NCBI GenBank assembly: GCA_038496445.1
Contig: JALMLS010000250.1
Location: 8,683-72,682 of the forward strand
DNA: 64,000 bases
From: Trichosphaerium sp. ATCC 40318
Taxonomy: Eukaryota > Protista > Tubulinea
Direction: 5' to 3'
Positions 26,441 through 40,321 of this stretch are shown piece by piece. The notes below the pieces were generated by a model, which saw only the letters and a list, made by a program, of their open reading frames with translations, searched no databases and was not told where the DNA came from. Position numbers and translations under genes: made by a program. Position 1 is the first letter of the stretch; the number at the start of each line of letters is the position of its first letter.

Positions 26441-27893
26441 ATGACGTTACGGATCATTTTGTTAATCGTGGTTACCCTATCCTTGGTCTCATCACAAGGC
26501 CTAGTTGAAAAACTAAGCGATTATGACGTAGACACTACAATCGAGCGATTAAGAACCTTCATCACTGTGCGTTGTGTATAAGTACTATTTTTTAGACGTT
26601 AATGTTGTTGGAAGGAAAACACACCAATATCGATAATAGGACAGATAGACCATAGCGCAAACGCAGCTAGGTACCTCTTTGTCTACATACAAAAAAAATC
26701 ACGTGATTTACAAACGGTTTAGTGTAGGGTTGAGTCTGCCGCCTTCAAAAGTTCTTATTATTGGAAATGCGAATATTGGCACTGTTTTTATGCGCGCTGA
26801 TCAGAGGTATGGTATAGAAGCACCAATACGTATTCTTGTTTGGGATGACGGAAACGGACAAGTATGATTTATCATTTATCGATTGTGTGTAACATTATAC
26901 ACCAGGTGCACGTGACATACAATGATGCAGAACACAATCGTCAGAGGTTTTGTATTTCTGATCTTGATGCTACTTTTATGATGACAAGAAACGCCTTGAA
27001 CGGAATTACAAACGCTGCTACAGGACGTGATGATACTGTTGAACCTTTACCTCCTCTTGGAGCGTGTGATCCAGAAGACCTTGATGCAGTGCGTGACAAC
27101 CTACCTGTAAAACAACATTAGCTAATTTTGGCTCAATAGGCTGGTTTAGTTGTAGTTAAAAGCGAAAATTCTGTGTCTGTGACAGTTCATCAACTAGTTG
27201 AATCATTCGAAAATACACCTATACGTGTTGTTCTTAATTTTGATCATCAGGCAAACGCATTCAACGTATGTATAACGTCAACTAATACTCTTTATTTGAT
27301 CCTTTTTGCACTAACATACCACAAAACAGAGTGGATTGGAATTACGCCCAACTACAGTTGTATGGTTCGGTAATCCTGCACTGGGAACACCAGTAATGAA
27401 TAGCAATAATAGAGCTGGTAATGATCTTCCACAAAAGGTTATTGTATGGGAAGCAGAAAATGGGGATGTTTATCTAGCTTACAACAATCCTAACTACATA
27501 AGAGACAGATACCAAATTGTACAATTTGTCACGTGTTTAAACAAGTTTCTTTTTAACTTTCTCCACCGACTTTAGGACGATCAAGATCACATTTTTACTA
27601 CGTTTGGAAATGCTCTTAGTACATTCACTGGTATTGCAGCAACAGAAGCATCTCCTTCTGTTTGCGTGACACCCCTATTTGACCTTGAAAATGAAATTTG
27701 CAGGTAACGTAGATATGCAAGTTTGTAAGAGTTATTTGACAGTTTCTCCAGGTGCTATACTGTATTCTGCACAAGACAAGGTAGAGACTTTGTATGCCCT
27801 GGAAGATTACCTTTCTGCTCTTTCTTGTATAGCAGTCAAGGGAGGACAATAACAGCCAGAGAGCGTCACCAGTACTGCACCTGCAGTTTTTAA
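26441..27893 (+). CDS. Secreted tandem DUF302-domain protein with Cys-rich tail, multi-exon
   Basis: Signal peptide; domain 1 IDHSANA..LPPSKVLIIGNANIGT..P.RILVWDD..VTYND; domain 2 FDHQANA..LRPTTVVWFGNPALGTPVM..DLPQKVIVWE..YLAYNNP; last exon CRCYTVFC...YCTCSF*. Confidence 0.85.
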
Positions 27894-28119
27894 ATTGTAT
27901 TTTTTGTCATGTCACGACAAACTAAAACGTGCAGGTTTGCATCTCACTGTTTACCCCCTTTCAACTTTTTTTTTTCATAATTAATTGCGTCAATGATTTA
28001 AATATATAAACCTGCTCATCACACGTGACTGCGGAGCAACAAATCAGAAAATAGTCAACACGATTATTTACTACAATTTTCAAAAGCTTTTCGCTTTAAA
28101 CGGGTCTAAACAACAAAGT

Positions 28120-29621
28120 ATGAAGGTAGTTATAACTGGAGGATTAGGTTTCATAGGCCAAGAACTAGCCAAGGCTCTATTAAAGCGTGAAACTCTTTCC
28201 GGCCATAAAATCGAGAAACTCGTTCTATTTGATATTGTAGAGCGCGAAACTGCGCTTTCTAAGGTATTTTAACCGTTTATGTAACTGTTATTCATATTAA
28301 TCGTTTACAGGACGCAAGAGTCGAAGTAGTACAAGGAAATATATCCAATGCGTGCGTCAATAACGAATTCGTTAAAAAATGCCTTCTTCTCACCCTGTCA
28401 CTTAAGTGCCACAGTCAACACTGTCCTAGAAACAGACAAGCCATTAACGGTGTTCCATTTATCGTCTATTATGTCCGGTCAAGGAGAACAAGTATGAGAA
28501 ATAATCACTTTCTTGTATTTCTCTGACTTTTTTTCTTTTTTCGTCAAGGACTTCGACTTGGCTCATAGCGTTAATCTTACAGGAACTTTGAATGTTATCA
28601 ATAATCTACGCAATAGAAGTGATACACCAAAAATTGTATTCACAAGCACGTGTGCTGTATTTGGACCACAAGAGACTGTTTCAAATGAAACACGGTAAAC
28701 CCTCATTTATTTCTTCATATCCTTGATCATTGCTCCTCACCATCATAAGATTGTTGCCACAAACTACGTATGGATGTACCAAAGCGTGTTGTGAATTGCT
28801 ACTAAATGACTACACCAGAAAAGGTACCTCCCACGCAAAGCGAGGGTCATATCAGTAAATATTGACTTCGCACTATAGGATTTTTGGATGCAAGAATTGC
28901 AAGACTTCCTACAGGTACGGTACTTTATTATACCTCTCGATCATTAACATATTCTAGTTATTGTAAGACCTGGAAAACCTAATGCGGCTGCATCGAGTTT
29001 TTGCTCTGGGTTGTTCCGTGAGCCACTACAAGGTAATGAGATGTTTTTCTTAAAATGTTTACCAAGGCTTTTATTAGGTGTTGATGTTGAGATCCCTGTT
29101 CCACTTGATACAAAGGTAGCTTCAAACTAGGCGTGGCATGTATTAGCTTAATTGTTTTATAGGTGTTCTTGACAGGATATCCGTCTGTTATTGCAAATCT
29201 AATTAAATTACATGAGCTACCTGTCGAGAAGTTTACTTTTGATCGAACAGGTGGTTTTTTTTTCTTCTTTGTTTGCCCTTATGAGTATTTTAGCTATACT
29301 TCCTGGATTCACACAAACAGTGAGTGAAATGGTAGAGAGTCTAAAGAAAGTACATGCAGAAGTAATGCCAAAGAAACCTCTTGGTAAAATCATCGTAAAG
29401 GTAACAACCGATGGATTTTTATGAAGTGACAGCGATTGTTTTTTACTACTTACAATGTATTGTTGATGACTTATTTATGTTACTAGGTTGACCCACAAAT
29501 ACATAAAATAGTAGCAAGCTGGTTAACAAACGGCGAATGCGCTAATGCAAAGCGACTTGAGTTGCAACAAAGTGATTTACCAGAAGCTATCATAAAGCAG
29601 TTTATTATTGATTTTTTGTAA
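28120..29621 (+). CDS. NAD-dependent epimerase/dehydratase, D-erythronate dehydrogenase (DenD)-like
   Basis: MKVVITGGLGFIG; YxxxK motif (PQTTYGCTK); RLPTVIVRPGKPNAAASSFCSGLFREPL, characteristic of the DenD subgroup. Confidence 0.85.
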
Positions 29622-29819
29622 AACTGGAAGTTACTCCTCTCCATAAATTACAACCCCTTTCTTGCACAATTAACCACTTTATTATACTACCATTACAAAA
29701 ATGTTTCAAGGGAACCCACACCGACACAAACAAAGGAGCCCTGGTTAAGTCAAGGCTGGAACTATCGACCAACTTTTCATTTCGCAACAGAAAACTCACC
29801 TCCCATTTCATAACAAGAT

Positions 29820-30831
29820 ATGTCTTCCGCCGTTACAATTTTTCTGTTTCTATGTATAGCGATCAATATTTGTTTATCAAATACTTGCGTTCCCACGTGC
29901 CAAAACAATTGGTGTAATAGACAGGTCCAACCGCGTTAAAACTAATCCTACTAACGAAAGTAGCCTCCATTTGAAGCTTGCTGTCCAATAGCATACAAAG
30001 TAGATCCTTCCTTACCTACAGCAATGATACTTGGTGATTCGGTGTCTATAGGATACTGGCATGTAGCAGAACAACTATTAGACGGAAAGGTACGCGAATA
30101 GGCCATTTTTTTATGGAATAAAAGTTTTTTTAGGCTAATGTCATTCACAATCCGCCACAATTTGATGGTAGTGCTGCCAACACGTTAAAGGGAACTCTTT
30201 GTATTGAACGTAAATATCTAAATTAATATCTTTTGTGCTAACTATGGTCCAGAGTGGCTTTTTACAAAACCTGTTGTGAAGATTGATGTTATCCATTTCA
30301 ATTTTGGCCTTCACGATGTTGACACACGTGATAACGGGTTTGAGCACGTTGATTTGCCTAAGTACAAAGAATACCTTGGAAAAATAATACAAACGCTTAA
30401 GCTCACTAATGCAACACTTATATGGGCTTCAACAACGCCAGTCCCTTCGCCTAACACTACAGTACGTCCTATCCGTTTCGACATTGTCGAATATTTACTA
30501 TTTGTTCAAGAATTGTGTTATTGCGACAAGTGAAGCTTCTGTAATTGAGTATAATGAAGCAGCGCTTGAAGTGGCGAAAGAAAACGGTGTTACTATAGTA
30601 GACGATCTACATAAGGCCGTTAACGACTTTTGTCATCCAGGTTACTCTACCTGTTCAATACAAGATGAAGGTACGCTGAGTATTTGTTTGTTTTGGGTTT
30701 TTATTGATTGTTTGTTAGGATGTGTACACTACCGCAAAGATGGATATGAACTACTTGGAAAAGCTGCTGCAAAGTCTATAGAAGCACATCTACCACAAGT
30801 ATCCGCTCTCGAGCAACTAGGAACAGAATAG
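29820..30831 (+). CDS. Secreted SGNH/GDSL hydrolase
   Basis: Signal peptide; ILGDSVSIGY (block I), HFNFGLHD (block III), WASTTPV, CVHYRKDGY (block V). Confidence 0.85.
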
Positions 30832-30902
30832 TTGTACAATTTAACATAGTAGCAAGATTACAGTTTGATTTTATAACATACAAAAAATAGTCTTTTTTGT
30901 GT

Positions 30903-33900
30903 TTAATTAGGATTTCCCGCTCCTCTATGAAAGTGATACTTATTTTTATAAAAGTGATTAAAGTCAAGTCGAACAGTAAAATTAGCCAACTGGTAATCGT
31001 ATTCAGGCGAAGAGAACGTAGTGAGCGAAGCTACAAACAAAAAAATTAGCAAATTGTTGAAAAAGAAAAAAATCACGTGACAGTACTTATTAGGTTGCGT
31101 ATGTAGTAGTTGAAGAACTTTTCGAACTTCTGAACATTTCCAGCAAATTCTTTACCGAAACCCTTTTGAGCTTGTCGTTTAACGGCCTGAAAGAAAAGAA
31201 TAAGTGATACTAGTATTTTCTCATTTTTTTCTAATTATAAAGTTCTTTGACAAAGAAACCATAACAACGGACATGCTTAGAGCGGGCATACCTCGATACG
31301 TTGTTTCCTCCTTTGGTATCGCTGTTTGCTGTACTCCTTTGGATTAGTTTTTTTTGTTTTTAGAGGAGGTGCAGCGACATCTTTTGGAACAAGGGAGTTA
31401 ACACTACTCATTGTGAATTTTGCGAATCTGACGCAAATAGTAAGCAGCTTCTGAATTGCCTATGAACCACTAAGTATAATCTAACATATTAAGTATTCTC
31501 GTGTTACCGCAAATAGATTAGGCTCAGTTAACATGCACTGGCGAAGACAATTATCAAGGTAGGAATGATGAAGTCTAGCAACTTGTTCAACTGTTTCAGC
31601 CTGTAAAAAAGCAATGAGAATCTTGCGCAGTGTTTCGCGTAAGTTTTACCGTTTTGATATTTTTTACTAAATCAAGGTAGTAAGGTTCAATAACCTCCAC
31701 CATCATATAGTACTCAAGATTCTGTACGAAGTGAAGCATTTTTTGTCGTAAACTGAAGGATGGAGCCAACGCTTCTCGAACACAAAACTCTGTTGTAGTT
31801 TGATGAGAAATCCAAGTCTAAGTAAAATATTACTGTCAGCTATGTCCCCTTCAAACTTGGTGTATAACATTGTCCATACCTGCGCCAACAAGCGTTCAAC
31901 ATACTTGCAATAAAATAGATGTTTGAAAAGAAGTTGGTACTTAGTTAATGCCCTCTCACTTAAAATAAGCGATGAAGGCCACTCCACTTTGTAGTTTAAG
32001 GACATTGATAAAACACCTTCACAAAAACAGTTAACAGTTTGAGAAACAAGCAAGTTTTGGAGCGAATGTAATTCAAAGCGAACTGGAAAAAATGACAAAC
32101 TTACCTGTAAAGTCTGGGTCGCTTTTACCACGTGCAGGTGATGGCTGAACAGACCCTTCAGTTTGCTTGTAGCCCATCACTTGTGTTAAGAGCCTTGATA
32201 ATAATTCACTTAAATCTTCTGAAGATAACCTCACAGTAAGCTTGTCAGCAAAGGCATCATCCTACGATTAACATTAACAACAAAAAAGAAAAACGAACAA
32301 AAGCTTACAGTGAGTACAGATGAACGTGTTGATATCTCTAGCATTGTCTGTAGAGAATCAACATCAATATGAGATGGATGTTTAGATAATTCTGAGGCAC
32401 CAATCTCTAAAAAGTGAACAAACAAGTCACCTGTTTCCAAAAAAAAGCAACACTTCAATGACCTACGAAGAAGTAAACAAACAGCCATAATACATTCTTA
32501 AAATTATCAAAGGATGCGTACTTTAACAGTTTTACTAGTCTATATTTATCTATAATAAGCTTTAATAACTCCTGATTGGCATACTTATGCCCTTTATCAA
32601 TCTGTTCAAGATACCTTTGAAAAAAAAAAAGATTAGAAATACACTCTTCATTTTCTTTTAGATAGGTTGATTGGTATCTCATAAACAACGACATAAAACT
32701 GAAAAATACTGCTACGTACTCTCTTTCCAATGGTGAATATACAAAATTAAGAGTTGGTTGCTTGTCCATTGAAACACCACAATTCCGAATGACATTAATG
32801 TATTTTCCAGTAGACAAAATCTTATCGGTTCCTCTCTTCAAGAAAATAGGAACATTCTCTGCAAATATACTAAATCTACCATCAAGAGACCTAATAGAAA
32901 TATTACAACTCAAGCATATCAAAAAAAAACCTAAAGAGTGCAACGTACTTTAATTCACGTCTTTGATTTGAACCTGTGTCTCTTATCATAAATTCGCCAT
33001 AAGGATCGCTGAGAGATCCTTGCTGTACCCACTCTTGTAGCATATTTAAGTATGGTCTCGATGCCTTCTCAAGCAAGAAAGAGAGTAGTTTCTGTAGTAA
33101 TGTATCCCTTTTAAAAAAATATTAACTCGACATAAAGAAAAAACAATCTTTAAAAACTCACCCTGATACTCTTTGAGCTGCAAGGTATAGATGATTTAGA
33201 AGAGCGCCTCCTTTTAAAGATTTGTTCGTTTTAACAACAGCCTTTACGGCTTTCCATATACGCATCCAATCCTGTACGTAGCACCACATGCCCTGCCAAG
33301 AGTCAGAAAATTATCTTCTTTTTCCTTAAAACGCACATGAAGTGTCAACTCTAATTTATTATAAAGCGTCTCCAATTGGCCTACGCGTATAAGGTAGTCC
33401 TAAGCTTATGGTTAAAGCTTGAAGATGTGATTAAAAAATTCAATAACTAAAATACCTTTGCAAGCTCATCAATGGCAGCGCATAGCGCGTGAGATACCTA
33501 TGAAACTAGTTAAAAATTAAGTTTCAAACGGTACGCTCACAAAGCCGTATGAGAATTCTGATCGTTCCCGCGCGAAGTTAGCGACATACATGTAGTCTGA
33601 ACATAGTGGTAGTATAGCATCAATAAGACCATGCAATGAAACATCTGGTTTTTTTGGTTTAGCGCCATTTTTTACAGCTTCAGTACGCACGCAATGCTGT
33701 GTCTACCTCCCATTGAACTTCCTCTGTTTTTTTTGAACGTTTTACTTTGATGTATTCTCCTTCAATGCCCTACACGCATTAATAGGCGATATTAGGCGTA
33801 TAGCGTGCCATGAGAGCAAAAAGAAGCTCATCTAGAATGGCGCTTTCTTGAGCTTCGATTGGTTGTACGGAAAGTGGTACTCGCTCCGCGTAATGATTCT

Positions 33901-33939
33901 AAGCGATTTGAATAAAACGTCAGGTTCTATAACGCTCAT
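30903..33939 (-). CDS. TUBGCP2: Gamma-tubulin complex component 2 (Spc97/GCP2)
   Basis: QESAILDELLFALM/GIEGEYI, YGFVSHALCAAI, KGGALL, PYLNMLQEWVQQG, KILSTGKYINVIRNCG, FFLETGD, LNYKVEWP..KYQLLFKHLFYCKYVERLL, RLDFNHFY. Confidence 0.9.
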
Positions 33940-34121
33940 TTACCTCAGGAACTCTGTTATTGAGTGTTAAAAAGTAATTTGACGCCTGTGCCATTTCGCT
34001 AGCCCACAGTGCAGTCAAAAAAAAATTCCAATTGAAAAAAAAAAAAAGTCAAAGGTTTAGTCAAAGAATTACCAAGATCACAAGCGAGAGGGCCCTGGCA
34101 TTTGCCCTTCATCAACCAGTC

Positions 34122-36734
34122 ATGCTATCACTACAAACACTGTGTAAAGATACAGTGATTCGATTTATTGGCCAATACACAAGCTTGGAAATACCGACAG
34201 AGCTTGTAGTTAATATTCTATCCCACTTACAACAACGCAGTACCCTAACAGATAGGGTGTTGCCATTATTTACAAATTTAACACATGTTAATTTCTCGAA
34301 CTGCAACATATCATCTTCAGGCCTAATCGCATACATAAATACATCTGGTACAACAGTACGTAATTCATAGAGGTTTCAAGATATTTACGACAAAACTAGC
34401 TTCGCTCATTCATCGCTAATAACGTTGAAATGGACCCACTGGTAGTATCAAATATAGCTTGGAATTGCCCTGCACTAGAATTATTATCTCTAAATGAATG
34501 TGCACACGCTGTCTTAGACAGCACAATACATCTTATTTCACTTCATTGTAATCGACTGAAATCGCTTTCTGTAAACGGTACGCAGCGCCTTTTCGCATTT
34601 TGAGAAAACCCTTTTTGCTCATCTTTTTTCGGGAATTACCAAAACTAATATGCACGTAGGATGTTGTTTGCTTTCAGATGACGCTTTAAGAAGCCTTTCT
34701 ATGGCGTCATGTTTAGAAAATTTGGAATTAACATGTTGTCAGAAGTTAACGGACTCTGCTGTATCTATTATTCTAAAGTCTACGCTTACGGAAACACTGC
34801 GTTCTATTAATTTAAGTGGGTACGTACTATCTAACATCATAATGAAGTACAAACCGAAATGGTGTTTTTCCCCCTACTTACTGTCCTAACTTGTACTGAT
34901 ACTTTTAGATGCGTAAATATATGTCCTGCAGGGTTTTTGTTCCTAGTTGCAAAATGCAAAAAACTTGAAGACCTAAATATTTCCGGAAACCCCCAAATAC
35001 AAGATATAGACGTTAGAAGTATACTAGAAGGTGCGTGTGGCAAAGTAAACTGGTTTTAAACTCACTGAGCAATTAGTTAATTCTAGTTTGAGAACTATTA
35101 ATCTATCGTATCTATCAGGCATATCTACGCAAACAGTAGAGTTTTTAAGACGAGTAAACCACAAGAATCTACAAAAAATTGTATTCATAGGAAATACACA
35201 AATAGACAACAGACACATGCGTACAGTTATCCGTCAAGGACGTTATAAAATAGTTGGGGGTGACATAAACTTGACAGTGCTACGAAACAGCGATGAAGTG
35301 GAAGTACGCCTTTTTTATGACCTTTTGTTTTCCTGTTGTCAGAATAAAAGCTTAGCTTACTTTTTTTCTCTTAAAGCCTTTCACCACGTCTGTTGATAAA
35401 TACACAACTTTTGATGCGTTTAAAGATATTGTTCAAACGCATATCAACACCCAAAGTGGTAATGATCGATCTTGGGAAAAACATGAGCTATTTTGTAGAC
35501 ATGTCTCACATAGAAAGAATGGAACCAAGCGACCTTCTATTCTTATACGTAAGTGTCTTTCTTGCTTTCGTTTATATTTTTAAGAGAACTCGTTTACTCA
35601 GACGTTAATTTTGTAGAAGATGAACGACAGGACAAGTTAGTATGTGAGATGGCTGATGGGTGGCGTCATTTTTATTTACAACAGAACCAAGAAAAATGTA
35701 AGTGTATTTATTTTTATCAATTCGCCAAAAAAAAATATTTTCAACTTTGTTGGGGAATTCTTGAATACTTATTAACTACGCAGTACCTGCCGAAAACGAA
35801 AATACAATATACCTACGAATCAAGTGTTGGAATAGCACAACGTTACAACCAGAAGACGTAGGGGATTTGTCCGTGCCTAATACGATGCTTTTGCATGAAC
35901 TTAAAGCTCAGTTGCACAATGAGCTTATACACAATATTCCAGCGTCTGAGATGGTTTTAGTGGAGGTGCGAACAAAAAATAATTGAATAAATTTATTACG
36001 CTACGCGTTGTAGCCGAACTTGTTTTAAATTCTCCGTAGGAACAAACAGCGCTGAGATTCATGCTTCTAGAGCAGGATGATCTTTCATTAGGGCAATACG
36101 GTCTTGTTTCGGGAGATTTACTACACGTCGAAAGATTAAGACGAGGATTCCACACTGACGTACGTATTCGATGCGAAATAGCCTTTTGATGGCTTTACAA
36201 AAACGCAATTCGGCCAAGGTTTGATTTTTTTGGTAGTTACTTGAGAACCCTATGAAGCTTCAACATTCCATAACCGCGGACTACTATTACCAAAGAAGCG
36301 CACCAATCAAAGTTGAAGAAACTGAAGAATCTTATCGTCAGTACCTTCTACGGTTGTCTTTTAGTAAAGACAACGTATCAACAGTACCTAGACCATTCAC
36401 ATTTACTCTACAAATGAAGGTACATAACAGAAATTCCTTACCACGCGTCAGAGTCTCTAAATGTTCTTATTAAGGGTACTGACTCTTTTAAATCACTACG
36501 AGATCAAGTGAAAAAACACGTAGGTGTTGACAATTTTAACGTATTTACAAAAGTATGTCCGGACATTGCTCTAGGCGGTACGTAGTCGTGTTGTATTTTA
36601 GTATTGGTTGGTTATAGTTGCTGATTTATTGTTTAGAAGAACATTACAATGAGATTTTACTTAAAGCATTACAAGGTAGCCAGTGGCTTTTAGTTGATAT
36701 AAACTATGGTTATGATATGATGGAATTAGGTTAA
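34122..36734 (+). CDS. LRR protein (AMN1/ZYG11-like) with N-terminal BC-box/Cul2-box-like motif, multi-exon; 3' extent uncertain
   Basis: MLSLQTLCKDTVIRF...IPTELVVNILSHL, followed by Cys-containing LRRs (LELTCCQKLTDSAV, LEDLNISGN); downstream exons continue to ...DMMELG*. Confidence 0.65.
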
Positions 36735-36952
36735 ATTATAATGAAACAGAAAAAAAACAAAGAAAAGACGGCTTCAGTGAGCGGTGTTGTAAAACAGTGT
36801 AAATACAAAAAAAACAATTTGCAATCTCTTTTTAATTCATTCGAGAGGAAGAAAATTATGAGAAAACCTTCGCGTAGCATCTCGCGTAGGAGGTTCAATA
36901 ACTTTTTTTGAACAAGCCAGGTTGTATTCTTCTACAATTGTATTTATTCGAA

Positions 36953-37853
36953 TCAAAATACTCTTGCTTGTAATTTTTGAATATCTTTTTTGAGCATCTT
37001 AGAATCATTCACTGCTTTGTCATATAAAGTTCGTAGGCGCATAATCTCGTTAATAACAGTCTTTTGAGCTTCTAGAATTTCTTTCTCTTCTTCAACAGTA
37101 CTAGCTTGTGCAAGCCCTAAACACTCAAATGTAAACGTTTCACATTTTACCAAGAAATAGTAAAAAATGTCAAACACAAAATTGAAATTACATTGGCTTA
37201 CCATTTTCCCAATCATAAACTACAGGAGCAATCTCAGATTGAGGATGCTTTAACATTATATTATGAAGCTTCCGTGAAGGATCTATAAACGATATTACCT
37301 AGTAAACCACAACCGTTACATAAACTTCAAAAAATACACTTCGGAACGTACTCTGTATGTTTCTGATATTACAGGATCGCTTTTCTTCCTCTTCTTTCTT
37401 TGTGGCGGTGGCAACAGTTTTAAATCATGTTGGAACGTCACAGGTGATATACTCTCATCAACAAAGAATAATTCAATTTTAATCATAAATTCTCCCCATC
37501 CTTTTTCTGCGACCTGAAAAGGCGGTTTTTTAACGACTATGATATTGTGAGCATATTCATAACACGCTTTCATTGTATTTACGCCTTCTTACTTCGTAAC
37601 GGATTCGCAAATGACTCGTGAATGTGAAAATGAACTTTTTTTATAAAATACGAGATGTCTTGGTCCTCAACGACGCCTCTAGGTTTCTTTGGTTATTTTC
37701 GATCAAATTACACTTTGATAGTTCAAGTACGTACCTTACGTATGCCCTCCACGAGTGCGTAGCATCACCAGACTTTTTAGATATTACTTTCGCCGTAGAG
37801 CCGTAAACAATGCCTCGTTTATGTTCTACGCCATCTAGTATCAGAGCGTCCAT
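36953..37853 (-). CDS. YAF9: YEATS-domain protein (Yaf9/GAS41-like)
   Basis: IVYGSTA, THSWRAYVR, PPFQVAEKGWGEFMIKIELFF, HDLKL, C-terminal coiled coil. Confidence 0.85.
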
Positions 37854-38171
37854 GTAGACTAAATATAATCACCACTGTTGGTTCGTTATCAATTGAACTT
37901 TTCACTCAACAAGTTTCGCACGTGACACTTTTTGAAGTCAATAAAAATCAAAACTTGTTGCAATCTTTGCTTTTCTTGATTTGAAACCATGGAACATCTC
38001 TTCGGTACTGTATGATAGTGAATGAGACGTGTTAGAAATAGGAGCATTGAATCAATATCTTCGTTTTTCGTCAGTGATTAAAACAATTCAATGAAGTCAT
38101 TTACCTACAAAGGAACATTAATTTTCAACATAACCGAACACTGAAGCGTGGCTTACATTAACACGACAATA

Positions 38172-39415
38172 ATGGAATTAACAAAAGAACAAATACCTTC
38201 AACATCACTCGCCCACATCACATTAGAATTAAACGTTAGTCAAGACAATGTTCAATCGACATTGCAAAAAATTCTGAACGCATGTGGTGTTCAACCAACA
38301 GCTGAAACAATACAGAAGGTACACTGAAGTTATACCATTATAAAACTAAATTTGTATGCAAGGTTTCAAGCACGTGCTCCGTAGAACGGGGTGGTACCTT
38401 AAAGTTAACAGCATGCGAAGACATTAAAAACCTTCAAGTTTCTATTCGCTCAGCAGAAGATTCTGTGCTCGTTCGAAAGATTAAATCGAATCATAAGTTC
38501 CTTAAAATCGTTCCTGAGGAGCAACAAGGATTGTGGTTGGATGCACTTATACAACTACAAGAGCTTGGATACGATAGATGGAAACCATGTTTCAATACAA
38601 TGTACAAAATTGGGTTTTCTGGAAATATACAAGCCGTCATCAATGCAATGGAGGAACATAAAGCTTGGCGCCTCCAAAAGCGTGAAGAAAAGCGAGTGTA
38701 TAGAGATCTTAAAAGGAAGCACTATTCTATGGATGATCATCACAAACACACCAACAAATATAAAAACAAGCATGCCCAAAAACGTTTGAGAATAGCTCAA
38801 GCAGAGTTGTACGTATCTCCTTGCCCTCCTGTACTTTCAATTTTTGTTTACATTAATTTAGCGATGAAGAACCGGCTATTGAGTTCCCTGACGATGTCAC
38901 TCACTTGTTGCTAGATGCAAATAACATGATATTTATCACGCAGACTTTGCGAAATATGTTTCTAAAGGGAGACAAAAAGAAGGTTGAGAGCATATTCTTC
39001 GAGATGGCTAAAGATTTCGCTTCTTTATACCCAACACTTAGATGTGTTGAAGTATTATTTGATGGTAAATGTGACCAACAAACCCATAGGTAAGACAATT
39101 TTTGGAAATATACATTGTTCAAATGTTTGTAACTTCAATTGTAGGCTTGACAACGGCGTGGTCGTCACTTTAAGAGGATGTGTGCCTGAACACAATATTG
39201 CAGATGACGCTTTAGTACATTGGGCTCATGCAAATCCAACATTATGCCAGAGAACCCTCGTTGCAACTTCAGACAGGGAACTTAGTGACCGCTTAATTTC
39301 AGCAGGTGTCAAGTACATATTCAAATCAGGAGAGTGGATGAAGTGCGCTGTACTTGATTTAATCGGTGAGGATATGTCACTAGATGAATGGGCATATTCC
39401 TATGTTAACGAATAG
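38172..39415 (+). CDS. Protein with a UBA-like segment and a C-terminal NYN/PIN (YacP-like) ribonuclease domain
   Basis: LIQLQELGY..GNIQAVINAM (UBA-like); LLLDANNM, VLFDG, ADDALV, LVATSDRELSDRLISAG (NYN acidic motifs). Confidence 0.7.
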
Positions 39416-40321
39416 GACAAAGTAACTGAACTCTATTCACTTCATTGTAAAATAACCAAAAAAACAATTGCCCAAAAATGTTTTACGATAATGTGTACTC
39501 CCGCTAAAACGGTTTATCATGCAATAACGCCAGTTGTTACAACAGGGTACCCAGCATTGCTTCAATGCTATGTCATGATGAAAAACTTTCAATGAAGCCT
39601 TCCTTTCATAAAGAGCTGAGGACGTCGCTTTTACTTGTTAGGAATATACTGTAGAAATGTTGTTCAGTAATGCTGTTTCGTTCTAGTCTATGTTAGACAA
39701 TAATACGCCGTAGTTGCTTTTTTAAATAGAACACAACATATCGATAAGCACAGTACCTTTTTTAATGCATTGTGCAGTATTGCAAAGCAATTAACTTTAT
39801 CTTTAAATAGTTAGGTAAACTATTTTACCCAAAGTGCTTTTAAACCGTAAATATTGATGAATGGTTAGCGTTGACGCTATATATATAGAGCTTATGGAGT
39901 GCGGAGATGGACAGAAATAGAAATTGAAATGTAGACGAGGAGTTGACAACCCGAAAATAATAAAATAAAGCATTAGCGTCGTCTTTGCGTATCATTACGT
40001 TTGGAAGAGTTTTTGACAAGATACTGTCTATAAAAAAACGGAGTCTGTCTGAATTAGCTTTTTGTTGTCTAATTGGTACCCTGTAGTATCTACCTACCGT
40101 TTTGATGACCGAAATTTCAGCATTTTAAGGTATTTTAGAAACATCCGATTCTCCTTTAATCAGTAATCGGCAAAGTATTCTAACTTGATAATAGACCACG
40201 TATTTTATAAAATGAAGCAATTTAGGCGTTAAAATTGAGCTCTCATCCGGTCATAGCTTTTCAAATTAAAAAAAACTTTAGCCTAGCGCAGCAACTCAGT
40301 TTACTTTACTAAACTGATAAA

